Positions 48,449 to 56,626 of a stretch of 64,000 bases of DNA are shown piece by piece. The stretch comes from an uncultured virus (IMG/VR IMGVR_UViG_3300037086_000332) (Duplodnaviria > Heunggongvirae > Uroviricota > Caudoviricetes), in IMG/VR virus record IMGVR_UViG_3300037086_000332. The stretch is one strand, 5' to 3'. The translations under genes and the position numbers were made by a program. The notes beneath the pieces are model-generated. The model did not search any database. It saw nothing but the letters and a program-made list of their open reading frames with translations, and was not told the DNA's origin. Each line of letters opens with the position of its first letter. Within the stretch, counting starts at the first letter, position 1.

Positions 48449-48691
48449 TCATACTGCTCCTATAAATATGGCCTTGGTTACATTTCTCATCTCCTTCTCC
48501 GAAGGAGAATATTTCTTCCACGTCTTTCCAAGATACAGAGTAGTGTCCGCCATGAACTCAGTATAATCATCATTGCTGTTGATATAGTCGTAAAAGAACA
48601 CTCCATTAGGAGCCTTTTTACTAGAAGTGCCTATCACAAACACTGTCTCACTATATTCAGATGATATATACCAGCCGGACTTGATTTTCAT
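48449..48691 (-). CDS. Small array-family protein (YxP subgroup)
   Basis: SGWY...YSPSEKEMRNVTKAIF. Confidence 0.75.
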   Translation of the reverse strand: MKIKSGWYISSEYSETVFVIGTSSKKAPNGVFFYDYINSNDDYTEFMADTTLYLGKTWKKYSPSEKEMRNVTKAIFIGAV

Positions 48692-48927
48692 TTCCACTTC
48701 CTAAAAACAGCTACCATTACCTTTCGACAATCCCTTTCTGTAGGGTGATATTTATACCAATACTCTGGAGCCGAAATGATTCTCTCTAGGTGGTATGTGG
48801 CTTTATTATTCACTATACTTATTCCCTCTACAGTGTCTTGTTCTCCAAAAACAGTGAGATTTTTCATAATGTAGATTACAACACCGCCGATATTCTTCAT
48901 CCATGTGTTCTTTCTGAAGCGAGTCAT
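48688..48927 (-). CDS. Small array-family protein (YxP subgroup)
   Basis: YHPTERDCRKVMVAVF. Confidence 0.75.
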   Translation of the reverse strand: MTRFRKNTWMKNIGGVVIYIMKNLTVFGEQDTVEGISIVNNKATYHLERIISAPEYWYKYHPTERDCRKVMVAVFRKWK

Positions 48928-48952
48928 CGCTGTATCCAACTGATTCTTATAA

Positions 48953-49210
48953 TCATAGTTCTCCAAACACTGCTATAACAGCGTGACGAATGTCTTCTGG
49001 CTCAGGAGCATATTCGTACATTTGATTGATTTCGTAGCCATAATCTTTACGCAAATAGGCACCCTCTTTGATTCCCCCATCTGCAACTTGTCCATCTTGT
49101 GTCTCTTCTATCCAGATAATATCCCATAAGGACCTGCCAACGTGGCTATAGAGATACATCTTCTGATAAGTAGAAGAATATGTTTTAGCCATTCTCCAAC
49201 CAATTTTCAT
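48953..49210 (-). CDS. Small array-family protein (YxP subgroup)
   Basis: MKIGW...YAPEPEDIRHAVIAVFG. Confidence 0.75.
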   Translation of the reverse strand: MKIGWRMAKTYSSTYQKMYLYSHVGRSLWDIIWIEETQDGQVADGGIKEGAYLRKDYGYEINQMYEYAPEPEDIRHAVIAVFGEL

Positions 49211-49212
49211 TC

Positions 49213-49461
49213 CTAATCTCCAAAAATTGCTCTGAGTGCAGCTTTGCTTTCGTAATCAACCGCTTGGTACGAATGGAAATTTTCAAGGCCATTGATAATC
49301 CATGATTTAAAATATTCCGGCTCTTCATGCTTTGCTTGTGGCATTCGAACAACTTCAAAAAAGAGTTGACCACCTTTAGTCTCTCCCTTATAGGAAATGA
49401 CGTAGTAGGCTGCACCATAGGGGTCATTGATCCAATGTCCAATTATCTCATCTCGTGTCAT
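49213..49461 (-). CDS. Small array-family protein
   Basis: IIGHW...ESKAALRAIFG. Confidence 0.7.
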   Translation of the reverse strand: MTRDEIIGHWINDPYGAAYYVISYKGETKGGQLFFEVVRMPQAKHEEPEYFKSWIINGLENFHSYQAVDYESKAALRAIFGD

Positions 49462-49712
49462 TTCTTATCCCAATTAGGATGTTCCCAAAGGGCTCTTACC
49501 ACTCTTCGCATGTTTTCTTCCTTAGCACCATGCTTCTCATCAGCACCATGCTTCTCATATCCAGCAAGTGAGAGTCCTTTTCTAAGATAGAAAAAATCTC
49601 CAATGTCTCTCAAGAGAGCTGCATCCATGGCAGGCTCCCATTGTTCGACGGCATACGGAGTATATATTTTTATGTCGGCATCTGATGCCACCCATTCCCA
49701 CCAGTGTCCCAT
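49458..49712 (-). CDS. Small array-family protein
   Basis: MGHWW...MRRVVRALWE. Confidence 0.65.
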   Translation of the reverse strand: MGHWWEWVASDADIKIYTPYAVEQWEPAMDAALLRDIGDFFYLRKGLSLAGYEKHGADEKHGAKEENMRRVVRALWEHPNWDKK

Positions 49713-50003
49713 AAACTATGTTTGTCCCATAAAGTTATCTTATGTATTACAAGACCTACTTCTCATCTGACGGTGAGAGGATATAAACTGATGTTCTCGG
49801 GAAAAAAGTTTGAAGTCCATCCCGTTACTAATTAGAGAGCCTCTCATGATTCGGCTCATTTTCGTGAGAACAACTGTTCTGGTTTCATCTCCTCTACACT
49901 CATCAACCAAAAACAGATGGAACATGCATAGATTCTATTAAAGGCAAAAGGGAGTATTATAACTGATGTCCTTGAGAAAAATTATCTGCCCACCAGCACT
50001 ACT

Positions 50004-50546
50004 TTGACTCCACCTCTCTCACGAAAACAGAAAGTCACCATTCAAAACAAACTACATGCGCTTGGCTATTCTTTTTTCATGAACAGCTCTTGTGTTATGT
50101 CGAACATCTCACTGAAAGTACTCCTCGGGTATCTCATTTTTCTCAAGCTCCAAAGAGACAAAAGAGAATACCTTTCATCACACGGTAGCTTTAAAGCAGA
50201 TAAGATGTTTATAGAACAATTGCAGATCAGTCTGTCTACAGAGACAGACGTGCTTGGATTTAAGGCTTATGACTACAACATCACAAAACAGGTGCTTGCA
50301 AATCCGATGCTATCTGTAAACGACTATTCCATTAATGAAGTGCAACATAGGTGCTACTCTTTGACAGAAAACGCAGAGAAGATGCTCGACTACCTTCTTT
50401 CCCTCTACGAAACAGATAGAGAGAGTACTATGGCAAAGATGCTCCTGCTGCACGAAGAAAACGTTTTCACTTATACTACTTCGATGGCACGAGCTCTATC
50501 AGCCTTGGGGTATGTGAGACACTCGGGCGAACCGAAAGGGGATTGA
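50004..50546 (+). CDS. Hypothetical helical protein
   Basis: 180-aa ORF, start uncertain. Confidence 0.5.
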   Translation: MTPPLSRKQKVTIQNKLHALGYSFFMNSSCVMSNISLKVLLGYLIFLKLQRDKREYLSSHGSFKADKMFIEQLQISLSTETDVLGFKAYDYNITKQVLANPMLSVNDYSINEVQHRCYSLTENAEKMLDYLLSLYETDRESTMAKMLLLHEENVFTYTTSMARALSALGYVRHSGEPKGD

Positions 50547-50660
50547 TGGAGCCACTGGGTGGCGCTATAATATTAGCACTGAGTCTGCCCACTCTTCCCT
50601 TCTCTGTACAAATGTTTACTGACGAAAAAATCTAACGACTGATTGTTTACTGCTCCACCT

Positions 50661-50742
50661 CCAAAAAGGGGCCTTAGCCCGTTGGGCCAGCCCCAAAAAG
50701 GGGCCTTAGCCCGTTGGGCCAGCCCCAAAAAGGGGCCTTAGC
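50661..50742. repeat. GC-rich 32-bp tandem repeat (about 2.6 copies)
   Basis: CCAAAAAGGGGCCTTAGCCCGTTGGGCCAGCC at 50661 and 50693, partial copy at 50725. Confidence 0.9.
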
Positions 50743-50838
50743 TGGCATTTCTGGCCGCCCCGGGATCCGGGTAAACGGCCCGGAAAACGAGACCACGGGA
50801 TCCTTATTCAAGGGACCTAGGAACAGAGAGTTGGATTG

Positions 50839-50893
50839 TACCCCAGAGGGTATTACCCCAGAGGGTATGTTTTCATTTTATACCCCAGAGGGT
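50839..50893. repeat. Three copies of TACCCCAGAGGGT (iteron-like)
   Basis: Copies start at 50839, 50854 and 50881. Confidence 0.85.
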
Positions 50894-51037
50894 TCACGGA
50901 AAAAGGGACATCTCTGGGATGAGTGCCAGACCCGGGCTTTTGTGGGACATTCTGGTTCAAGGGTCGCTGTTTTTCCCTACCTGGCTATAGCCCCTCGGAA
51001 TAGTGTTCGTGTAAGTGTAGCTCTATACGTGCTGTAT

Positions 51038-51044
51038 AAGATAA
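51038..51044 (+). promoter_or_regulatory. AAGATAA motif (representative copy of a putative phage promoter/initiation element)
   Basis: 4 nt before ATG 51049; the same motif precedes many operon-first genes on both strands. Confidence 0.6.
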
Positions 51045-51048
51045 CTAT

Positions 51049-51324
51049 ATGAGCAGCAGAGCGCCAGGCACCTATTATATGCCCCTACGACAGACACAGA
51101 CAGCCTATAACCAGCTGATCCGACTAGTCTCTCTGCCTTATCTACAGCCTGGTCATGAGCTATCTACCATCGACGTGGAGCTGCACATCGTATATACCAG
51201 TAAACCCTTCATCTACAAGATAGAGAAGCAGCAGTGGTTCGATGCTTATATAGAAGACAAGAACACTTATAGGGTGGCTACTCATAAGGATCTACTACAC
51301 TTCATTGGATGGTTGTTTAAATGA
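51049..51324 (+). CDS. Small array-family protein
   Basis: DLLHFIGWLF. Confidence 0.65.
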   Translation: MSSRAPGTYYMPLRQTQTAYNQLIRLVSLPYLQPGHELSTIDVELHIVYTSKPFIYKIEKQQWFDAYIEDKNTYRVATHKDLLHFIGWLFK

Positions 51325-51548
51325 GTAATGTAGCTACTAGGACGTTCGATATATATCGCACTGAAGAAAAGCGACTTACAGTGAAACACAGAGGCTCTGC
51401 GTTGCGCAGCAGAGACATGATGCTAGATGGATTAATTCGCTCGCACTCTTCTACTGCGTATGGCGGAGCCTATGCTACACATGGCGGAGCCTATGGGCGA
51501 ATGACTAGATTGGACTACCATACCTTCCTACAGATGGTGTTCACATGA
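51321..51548 (+). CDS. Small array-family protein
   Basis: DYHTFLQMVF. Confidence 0.6.
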   Translation: MSNVATRTFDIYRTEEKRLTVKHRGSALRSRDMMLDGLIRSHSSTAYGGAYATHGGAYGRMTRLDYHTFLQMVFT

Positions 51549-51811
51549 AGACAAATAGGATTAAAGATCTGACAAATGTGTGGCTTAAGCAAGGTGATTC
51601 CTTTTGGTACTACATAATCTATGACTACGGCATAGAGCCATATGGCCACATTGTAGACTGCATCAACTACTACAACAGGCCTTATAACGTTCGTGGAGCT
51701 CCTGTAATTAAGTTTCTTATCGCCTCTCCACATAAATTTGTTGATTCGTGGCAGCCATTTGAGCCCACTATCAGGCATAAGCGATTGGTTATGAAGACGG
51801 TGTTCAGATGA
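51545..51811 (+). CDS. Small array-family protein (YxP subgroup)
   Basis: FEPTIRHKRLVMKTVF. Confidence 0.7.
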   Translation: MKTNRIKDLTNVWLKQGDSFWYYIIYDYGIEPYGHIVDCINYYNRPYNVRGAPVIKFLIASPHKFVDSWQPFEPTIRHKRLVMKTVFR

Positions 51812-51845
51812 GAAGAATAGGGCATTGGTATCACAAGGTGAACGC

Positions 51846-52079
51846 ATGCGTGTAGGCAAGTGGTATATAGATAAGAACTATGACATGGTTTACTTGATTG
51901 ACCATGCACCCAGAGAAGAAGCGATGTCGGTACCTCGCTATCATGCTATCCTCTTCTACAAGAGTGAGGTACGCTGGTGCATCATCTACTTCAGAACTCG
52001 TGATTGGCAAGTTACACAGCCAGGCCTCTCTAGTTATCATAGAGCGATAGAGCGCATTTTTGAAGGAGCAGAAGAGTGA
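51846..52079 (+). CDS. Small array-family protein
   Basis: MRVGKWY...YHRAIERIFE. Confidence 0.7.
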   Translation: MRVGKWYIDKNYDMVYLIDHAPREEAMSVPRYHAILFYKSEVRWCIIYFRTRDWQVTQPGLSSYHRAIERIFEGAEE

Positions 52080-52309
52080 AAAGATGGTGGATGAACACAG
52101 GTTCCGCTACCAAGGGTGATATCATATACTTCATCAACGAATACACAGATGATATCTTTGATGCAGTGTGGCTGAGCTTAGAGGGCGGCCTACATCTTTA
52201 CCTGCATGCAGAGATGACGAATCACAAAAGAGGCTCATCCTACGACCCCTTTGATATTGACTATCAGAACGTCGTAAGGGGTGTGTTTGAAGGAAAGATG
52301 CACAGATGA
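52076..52309 (+). CDS. Small array-family protein (YxP subgroup)
   Basis: YDPFDIDYQNVVRGVFE. Confidence 0.75.
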   Translation: MKRWWMNTGSATKGDIIYFINEYTDDIFDAVWLSLEGGLHLYLHAEMTNHKRGSSYDPFDIDYQNVVRGVFEGKMHR

Positions 52310-52539
52310 AAACAGGTTGGTTCAAGCAGCCAGCAGGCAATGAATACTTCTATGCAGTCAATGATGAGCCGCCATGGGACACCATCAACACCGGTGTGCT
52401 TAAGAAGGGTGGGTGGGGGTGGATCTATTATGCCGGCTATCCAAATAGATATCCGAACGAGAGGCCGTATACCCCTACAGAAGAAGACCTCCATGGCGCC
52501 ATAAGCGCTATATTTTCTGAATGGCGCATGTTCAGATGA
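52306..52539 (+). CDS. Small array-family protein (YxP subgroup)
   Basis: MKTGWF...YTPTEEDLHGAISAIF. Confidence 0.75.
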   Translation: MKTGWFKQPAGNEYFYAVNDEPPWDTINTGVLKKGGWGWIYYAGYPNRYPNERPYTPTEEDLHGAISAIFSEWRMFR

Positions 52540-52877
52540 GCAGAACAGCCAGACGTTTAAATAAGCTAGAGTCTCAGAGAGTCAATCGATTACTGCCTTA
52601 TCATTGGTATAAATTAGGGCTGGGCACCACTCATCTCTATACTTTAAGAGTTTCTAGAATAAGAAAGAATGGAGATTGGTTGGTTCAAATTACAGATCAA
52701 ATACGATTCGCGTCTGAAAGTGATAGGATTGTATCCGCTCAAGGTGTCACATTTCAACGCGATTGGACGGAGACACTAAACAACAGTCTATATGCACTTT
52801 ATTCTTATCAACCTACAGAAGAAGATCTGCATGAAGCAATTGCTGCAGTCTTTAACACAGATAGATTCATGAACTGA
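52536..52877 (+). CDS. Small array-family protein (YxP subgroup)
   Basis: YQPTEEDLHEAIAAVF. Confidence 0.75.
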   Translation: MSRTARRLNKLESQRVNRLLPYHWYKLGLGTTHLYTLRVSRIRKNGDWLVQITDQIRFASESDRIVSAQGVTFQRDWTETLNNSLYALYSYQPTEEDLHEAIAAVFNTDRFMN

Positions 52878-52957
52878 TCATCTGTGAAACAGTATATATA
52901 GACTTTCCGTCATATACACATTGATTGCTCGCTAGAGCATATATAGAATTGATGGTA

Positions 52958-53437
52958 TATAGCCTTACAGAGGACAACCTTCAAAAGCCACGAAGGGACC
53001 TTTGGGCATACCAGTGCTTCTCCCCTACGGGGAAGACCGGTAGGTCTACACGTCGTAAGGCGGGTGGGCAATTATAAACGGCCGCTGGGGTTCGAAGGCT
53101 TTCCAGAGGTCATATTATTGGTATGGGTTATAGAATCTAAACAGGGATGGTGTTGAGGAGCACCATCAAAAACTAAAGCTTCTACCTAGCTGACGCGATG
53201 CGACGGCTGGTTGGAAGCTTTTTTTGGCTCTGGATTGGGGGCATGCCTGGCATTTTGGAGCCAGGGTCTGAAGCCCTAACATAAGCAGGCTAACTTGCAG
53301 TTCCGCTGTGGAAGCAAGCATGCCCAGATTCTCTCAGATATGACCTTGGGCAGAAGCAGGCCGTTACCGGATCCATCAGACTTCACTTTCTCACCTTTAC
53401 CAGGAAAAACGAACCCAGGGTCTGAAACCAGGCTATA
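52958..53437 (+). ncRNA. Candidate large structured non-coding RNA (~480 nt), family unassigned
   Basis: ORF-free, GC-enriched gap with nested complementary pairs 52958-65/53430-37, 53077-83/53359-65, 53107-15/53338-46, 53132-38/53326-32 and 53239-46/53318-25, plus local hairpins; G-U pairs favour the + strand. Confidence 0.65.
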
Positions 53438-53527
53438 GACCGGCCGTCACCAGAATCCTCACATTTGATCTCTTTAACCAAACAATGTTGTCTGCATAGT
53501 TTCTTTTATCCAACAAAAGGATTTACC

Positions 53528-53725
53528 ATGCGTACAATCAAAATAGATCTTACCGGGGCAACTGAACAGTTTGTCAATGCAATGATGAAGAAGGGTTACA
53601 CTGAACAATCATTAATTACCCGCGCTCTCTCTATAGCAGAGAGATGTACCTCTCATATTGTCATAGAGCTTAAGCCTGATACATGGATCGATCAGGGTGA
53701 TGTGGGCGTTCAATTTCATCTTTGA
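53528..53725 (+). CDS. Small protein, possibly ribbon-helix-helix DNA-binding
   Basis: MRTIKIDL (strand), helix, G, SLITRAL (helix); AAGGA RBS. Confidence 0.45.
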   Translation: MRTIKIDLTGATEQFVNAMMKKGYTEQSLITRALSIAERCTSHIVIELKPDTWIDQGDVGVQFHL

Positions 53726-53767
53726 GGTGAAGTCTGTGTGTTCTGAAAAGATTATTTAAAAGGATAA

Positions 53768-54061
53768 CTAAACAAACAGCTGGTTAGTAGCGTATAACTT
53801 CAGGTCTCTTTCGAGGGTGGGCGAAAACGCCCCTTTGATTGCACGTCTCATTTTCTTCTCCGTGTCGCCTTTCTTCCATGCATTAGCATATGGTACAACC
53901 ACAGGCCAATCGAACTCATCAATTCCTCCATAGACCTTCTCAGTATCTACAAACAACATCACTGCCGAGCCACTCTTTGGAATCAATTCTAAGACTATCA
54001 CGATTTCGTCGTGGTCTGATGCAAACATTCTTCCTATCTGTCGGTCTTTCTTTAAGATCAT
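53768..54061 (-). CDS. Small array-family protein
   Basis: QIGRMF...MRRAIKGAF. Confidence 0.7.
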   Translation of the reverse strand: MILKKDRQIGRMFASDHDEIVIVLELIPKSGSAVMLFVDTEKVYGGIDEFDWPVVVPYANAWKKGDTEKKMRRAIKGAFSPTLERDLKLYATNQLFV

Positions 54062-54315
54062 GAGTTATCAGCTTTGACGATCTTCTTTGCTTCGAACACC
54101 ACTTTCATCAGAAGCCGTAGTTCCGCTTCTATAGCCTTGTGAAACTCAAGGAGGTCGTCTCCCTTTTCACTGTCGTATATTAACGTATCTGGATGGTTTT
54201 CTGCATCTGGAGGCAGATACCACCAAGTCCGAGCTAAGACTCCCTTATTAAACTTCCAATAGTGAGCACGTGAGATGTTGCTGTGGCTGTAGTAAATCAT
54301 ATAGGAAGGTGTCAC
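54058..54315 (-). CDS. Small array-family protein
   Basis: ELRLLMKVVFE. Confidence 0.7.
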   Translation of the reverse strand: MTPSYMIYYSHSNISRAHYWKFNKGVLARTWWYLPPDAENHPDTLIYDSEKGDDLLEFHKAIEAELRLLMKVVFEAKKIVKADNS

Positions 54316-54373
54316 TCGGTACTCCGATAGGAAGGCGTCATTAAACGTCCTCCTTGTCAGACATAGACTTGCG

Positions 54374-54826
54374 TCATAGGTTAGCCAGATTTGTCTGGAA
54401 GATGTTTTTTATTATTCCTCTCTTACCATTGGGACCACCAACGATGTCCCAGAGTGGTTCTACTGGCCCTGTCCAGAGTACGAGCGGATCACCATTGAGT
54501 GCATCTTGATGGTAGAGTTCGAACCATTTGAACTGGCCACCCTCTATCTTCCAGCCTCGTATTCCTACTCCAGTTGTCATTTCCACCCACATCGGAAAGA
54601 AGAAAATGCCATGCTGAGGCTTGTGGGAGCTCTCTTTTGTGCCCGCCTTGTCTTGTCGGCTCCGATATGCGTACCAACGGAACATCTTTATCATGAGTGT
54701 GACCAACGATAGAATTGAACCATGATGCTCCTTCCCCGGCGAAATGTGTGGTGATGCCCTTTTGTGCTCCGCGGCGAGGTCTCCGGAGGGCCCCTGGATT
54801 GCTAATGTATTTCTCTGTTGCCGCAT
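54374..54826 (-). CDS. Array-family protein (true start may be 54694 or 54685)
   Basis: MFRWY...KRGIIKNIFQ. Confidence 0.6.
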   Translation of the reverse strand: MRQQRNTLAIQGPSGDLAAEHKRASPHISPGKEHHGSILSLVTLMIKMFRWYAYRSRQDKAGTKESSHKPQHGIFFFPMWVEMTTGVGIRGWKIEGGQFKWFELYHQDALNGDPLVLWTGPVEPLWDIVGGPNGKRGIIKNIFQTNLANL

Positions 54827-54857
54827 ATTGTCGGCGACAAATTACATATTTATCTTT

Positions 54858-55619
54858 ATGTTGAAAAGCGTAGTAAGCTCAACTAATAGTTGTGTGGTCA
54901 CATACTGCACGCTTGAGTATGTGCCACTAATGAATGTACTTATTCGAAGTCTCAGAGAGAATGCTGGCTATCGTGGTGCTATAATTGTTGTCTGCTTTCA
55001 ATTAGAGGCCTCTGAGGAGTTCAAATTTTTTCCGGACCTCAACATTCATTTAATATACCGGCCTTTAGCGGACTTGGCCCATGTCAATGGGCCGAGCCTG
55101 CTGGTGTTTTCTTCTTTGTTGCAATCTACTTCATACGACTATTATGCCCTTTGTGATTCTGATCTCTATTTTATTCGGCCCATTGACTCAGTTCTGTCTG
55201 AGGAAGTTATTAGTCTGTGTCCACATCCTGTTGGTGACATGCACGGCTGGTCCGAAACCTCTAACAGGGAGTTCTTTTTTTCTAGAAGGTGGGACTCTAT
55301 AAACAAGTGGATTGGTGGAGGCTGGATCAGCGGACCTAGAAAAATATTAATAAAACATTTCGAGGAGCTTCTTAAAGCGACACATCTTTTTCCTGATGTT
55401 TTACAACACTTTTGCGTTGATGAGTGGCTCTTTAATAGTTTTTTGCCAAGGGGGTTGAAGCTTTTAGATAGTTCTAAATACGATATAAATGATTTTATTC
55501 TTCGGCCTGAAGATGGGGTTGTTTGGTACCATGTGCTAACCCTCTGGAGAGATAAGTTTCCATACTACCATCCCGAGCACCGTCCAAAGATCTTGCCTCC
55601 AAGAAGGACATTTGCTTAA
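54858..55619 (+). CDS. Glycosyltransferase-like protein (GT-A, DxD)
   Basis: LIRSLRENAGY...YALCDSDLYF...GGWISG...DEWLFN. Confidence 0.6.
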   Translation: MLKSVVSSTNSCVVTYCTLEYVPLMNVLIRSLRENAGYRGAIIVVCFQLEASEEFKFFPDLNIHLIYRPLADLAHVNGPSLLVFSSLLQSTSYDYYALCDSDLYFIRPIDSVLSEEVISLCPHPVGDMHGWSETSNREFFFSRRWDSINKWIGGGWISGPRKILIKHFEELLKATHLFPDVLQHFCVDEWLFNSFLPRGLKLLDSSKYDINDFILRPEDGVVWYHVLTLWRDKFPYYHPEHRPKILPPRRTFA

Positions 55620-55621
55620 TG

Positions 55622-56008
55622 CTAGTCGGCTTCCAGCCAATCTAGAGCCTCTTGTATATCATTAAACGCTGCAACGGTTCGAGGCATGCCTACCAACTCT
55701 GCTTGGATCTCATACATCCTGCTGAGGCCATAAGCCGCACTTGTACCATAAACCATCTCGCTTGAGGCTACTAGCGCTGTTCGCCCTTTTGAATAAGATG
55801 AAAGCTCTTTCGCTGTGTGTGCTATTAGTCGAATGTCCTCTAGTCCCATTTCTGCTGAAATTACTTCTCGTAGGTCCCAAATGATTTTGGAGGTAGTTGT
55901 TGGACCGTTAAAGTAGTTTATGATCCAATCTAGTAATTCTTCTGTAGTAATATTTCCACTTGCTTTTATGGTTGTCAAGTCTTTATTTATTGTTGTTTTT
56001 ATGCTCAT
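55622..56008 (-). CDS. STAS/SEC14 (SpoIIAA-like) domain protein
   Basis: IIWDLR...RTALV...YGLSRMY...FNDIQEALDWL. Confidence 0.7.
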   Translation of the reverse strand: MSIKTTINKDLTTIKASGNITTEELLDWIINYFNGPTTTSKIIWDLREVISAEMGLEDIRLIAHTAKELSSYSKGRTALVASSEMVYGTSAAYGLSRMYEIQAELVGMPRTVAAFNDIQEALDWLEAD

Positions 56009-56144
56009 GTTAAGATTATCTTTATGTCATGAGAGCCAGAGGATTTTTTTCCGAAAACATCAATTGATATTCCCTCTCTCTGGAAATGGACCTTGTGGTA
56101 AGAGAGGCTAAAGATAACTTCATGCAGTATTGGTATGGAACACA

Positions 56145-56381
56145 ATGAGTCATTGGTATGTAGAAAAAGAAGCAGATCTTGAATATCCTTTCTATGTCAT
56201 AGAAACATATGGAGAGGAAAAGGGTCCTTACGTGCCTCTCACCATCTGCAGCTACATTTCCCTTATGATGTGGTTCTGGAGAGAAAGAGAGAAGTTGGAC
56301 CTAGTGTTTGCAGAAAAATATATTCCAGAAGATGCCGACTATCGAGCAGTAGTGAAAATATTGTTTGGGGAGAAGAGATGA
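56145..56381 (+). CDS. Small array-family protein (YxP subgroup)
   Basis: MSHWY...YIPEDADYRAVVKILFG. Confidence 0.75.
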   Translation: MSHWYVEKEADLEYPFYVIETYGEEKGPYVPLTICSYISLMMWFWREREKLDLVFAEKYIPEDADYRAVVKILFGEKR

Positions 56382-56626
56382 ACGTCGGATCTTGGTATAA
56401 ATGTATTGTTAAAGACTCTGTCTTCATAGACGCTCATCTTTATGTTTTCGCAGATGGCGGTGGAGGAGAATATAATGTTGTGTGGTTGGATCGGCCTGAC
56501 AACTTCAAGGCTCGACGCAGAATAGTTTATGGTGAGGATCTTCGCGACAGTCAATGGGAAAAATATATTCCTTCACAGAAGGAGCTTCATCTCGCTATAG
56601 CCATAGTTTTTGGAAAAGAGAGATAA
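56378..56626 (+). CDS. Small array-family protein (YxP subgroup)
   Basis: MNVGSWY...YIPSQKELHLAIAIVFG. Confidence 0.75.
   Translation: MNVGSWYKCIVKDSVFIDAHLYVFADGGGGEYNVVWLDRPDNFKARRRIVYGEDLRDSQWEKYIPSQKELHLAIAIVFGKER

Noticed and set aside
49740..49925. 61-aa minus-strand ORF
   Set aside because: Short, with no RBS, family motif or coupling, so there is not enough support.
50661..50893. CRISPR array
   Set aside because: The 32-bp units are head-to-tail with no spacers, the 13-bp repeats are too short and irregularly spaced, and no cas genes are visible.
50714..51052. 112-aa ORF across the repeat island
   Set aside because: It has a TTG start inside a tandem repeat, its translation mirrors the DNA repeats (TPEG three times), and open frames are expected in GC-rich DNA.
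53175..53225. Simple intrinsic terminator as the whole explanation of the gap
   Set aside because: A hairpin plus T-run is present, but it is nested inside four longer-range pairings and lies ~300 nt from the upstream gene; it may still terminate some transcripts.
52958..53437. RNase P RNA, tmRNA or group I/II intron identity for the structured region
   Set aside because: GAGGACAACC and CTGAAACCAGGCTA loosely echo RNase P conserved regions but cannot form the P4 helix. I see no tRNA-like acceptor/CCA end, no group II domain V or group I core, and no interrupted host gene.
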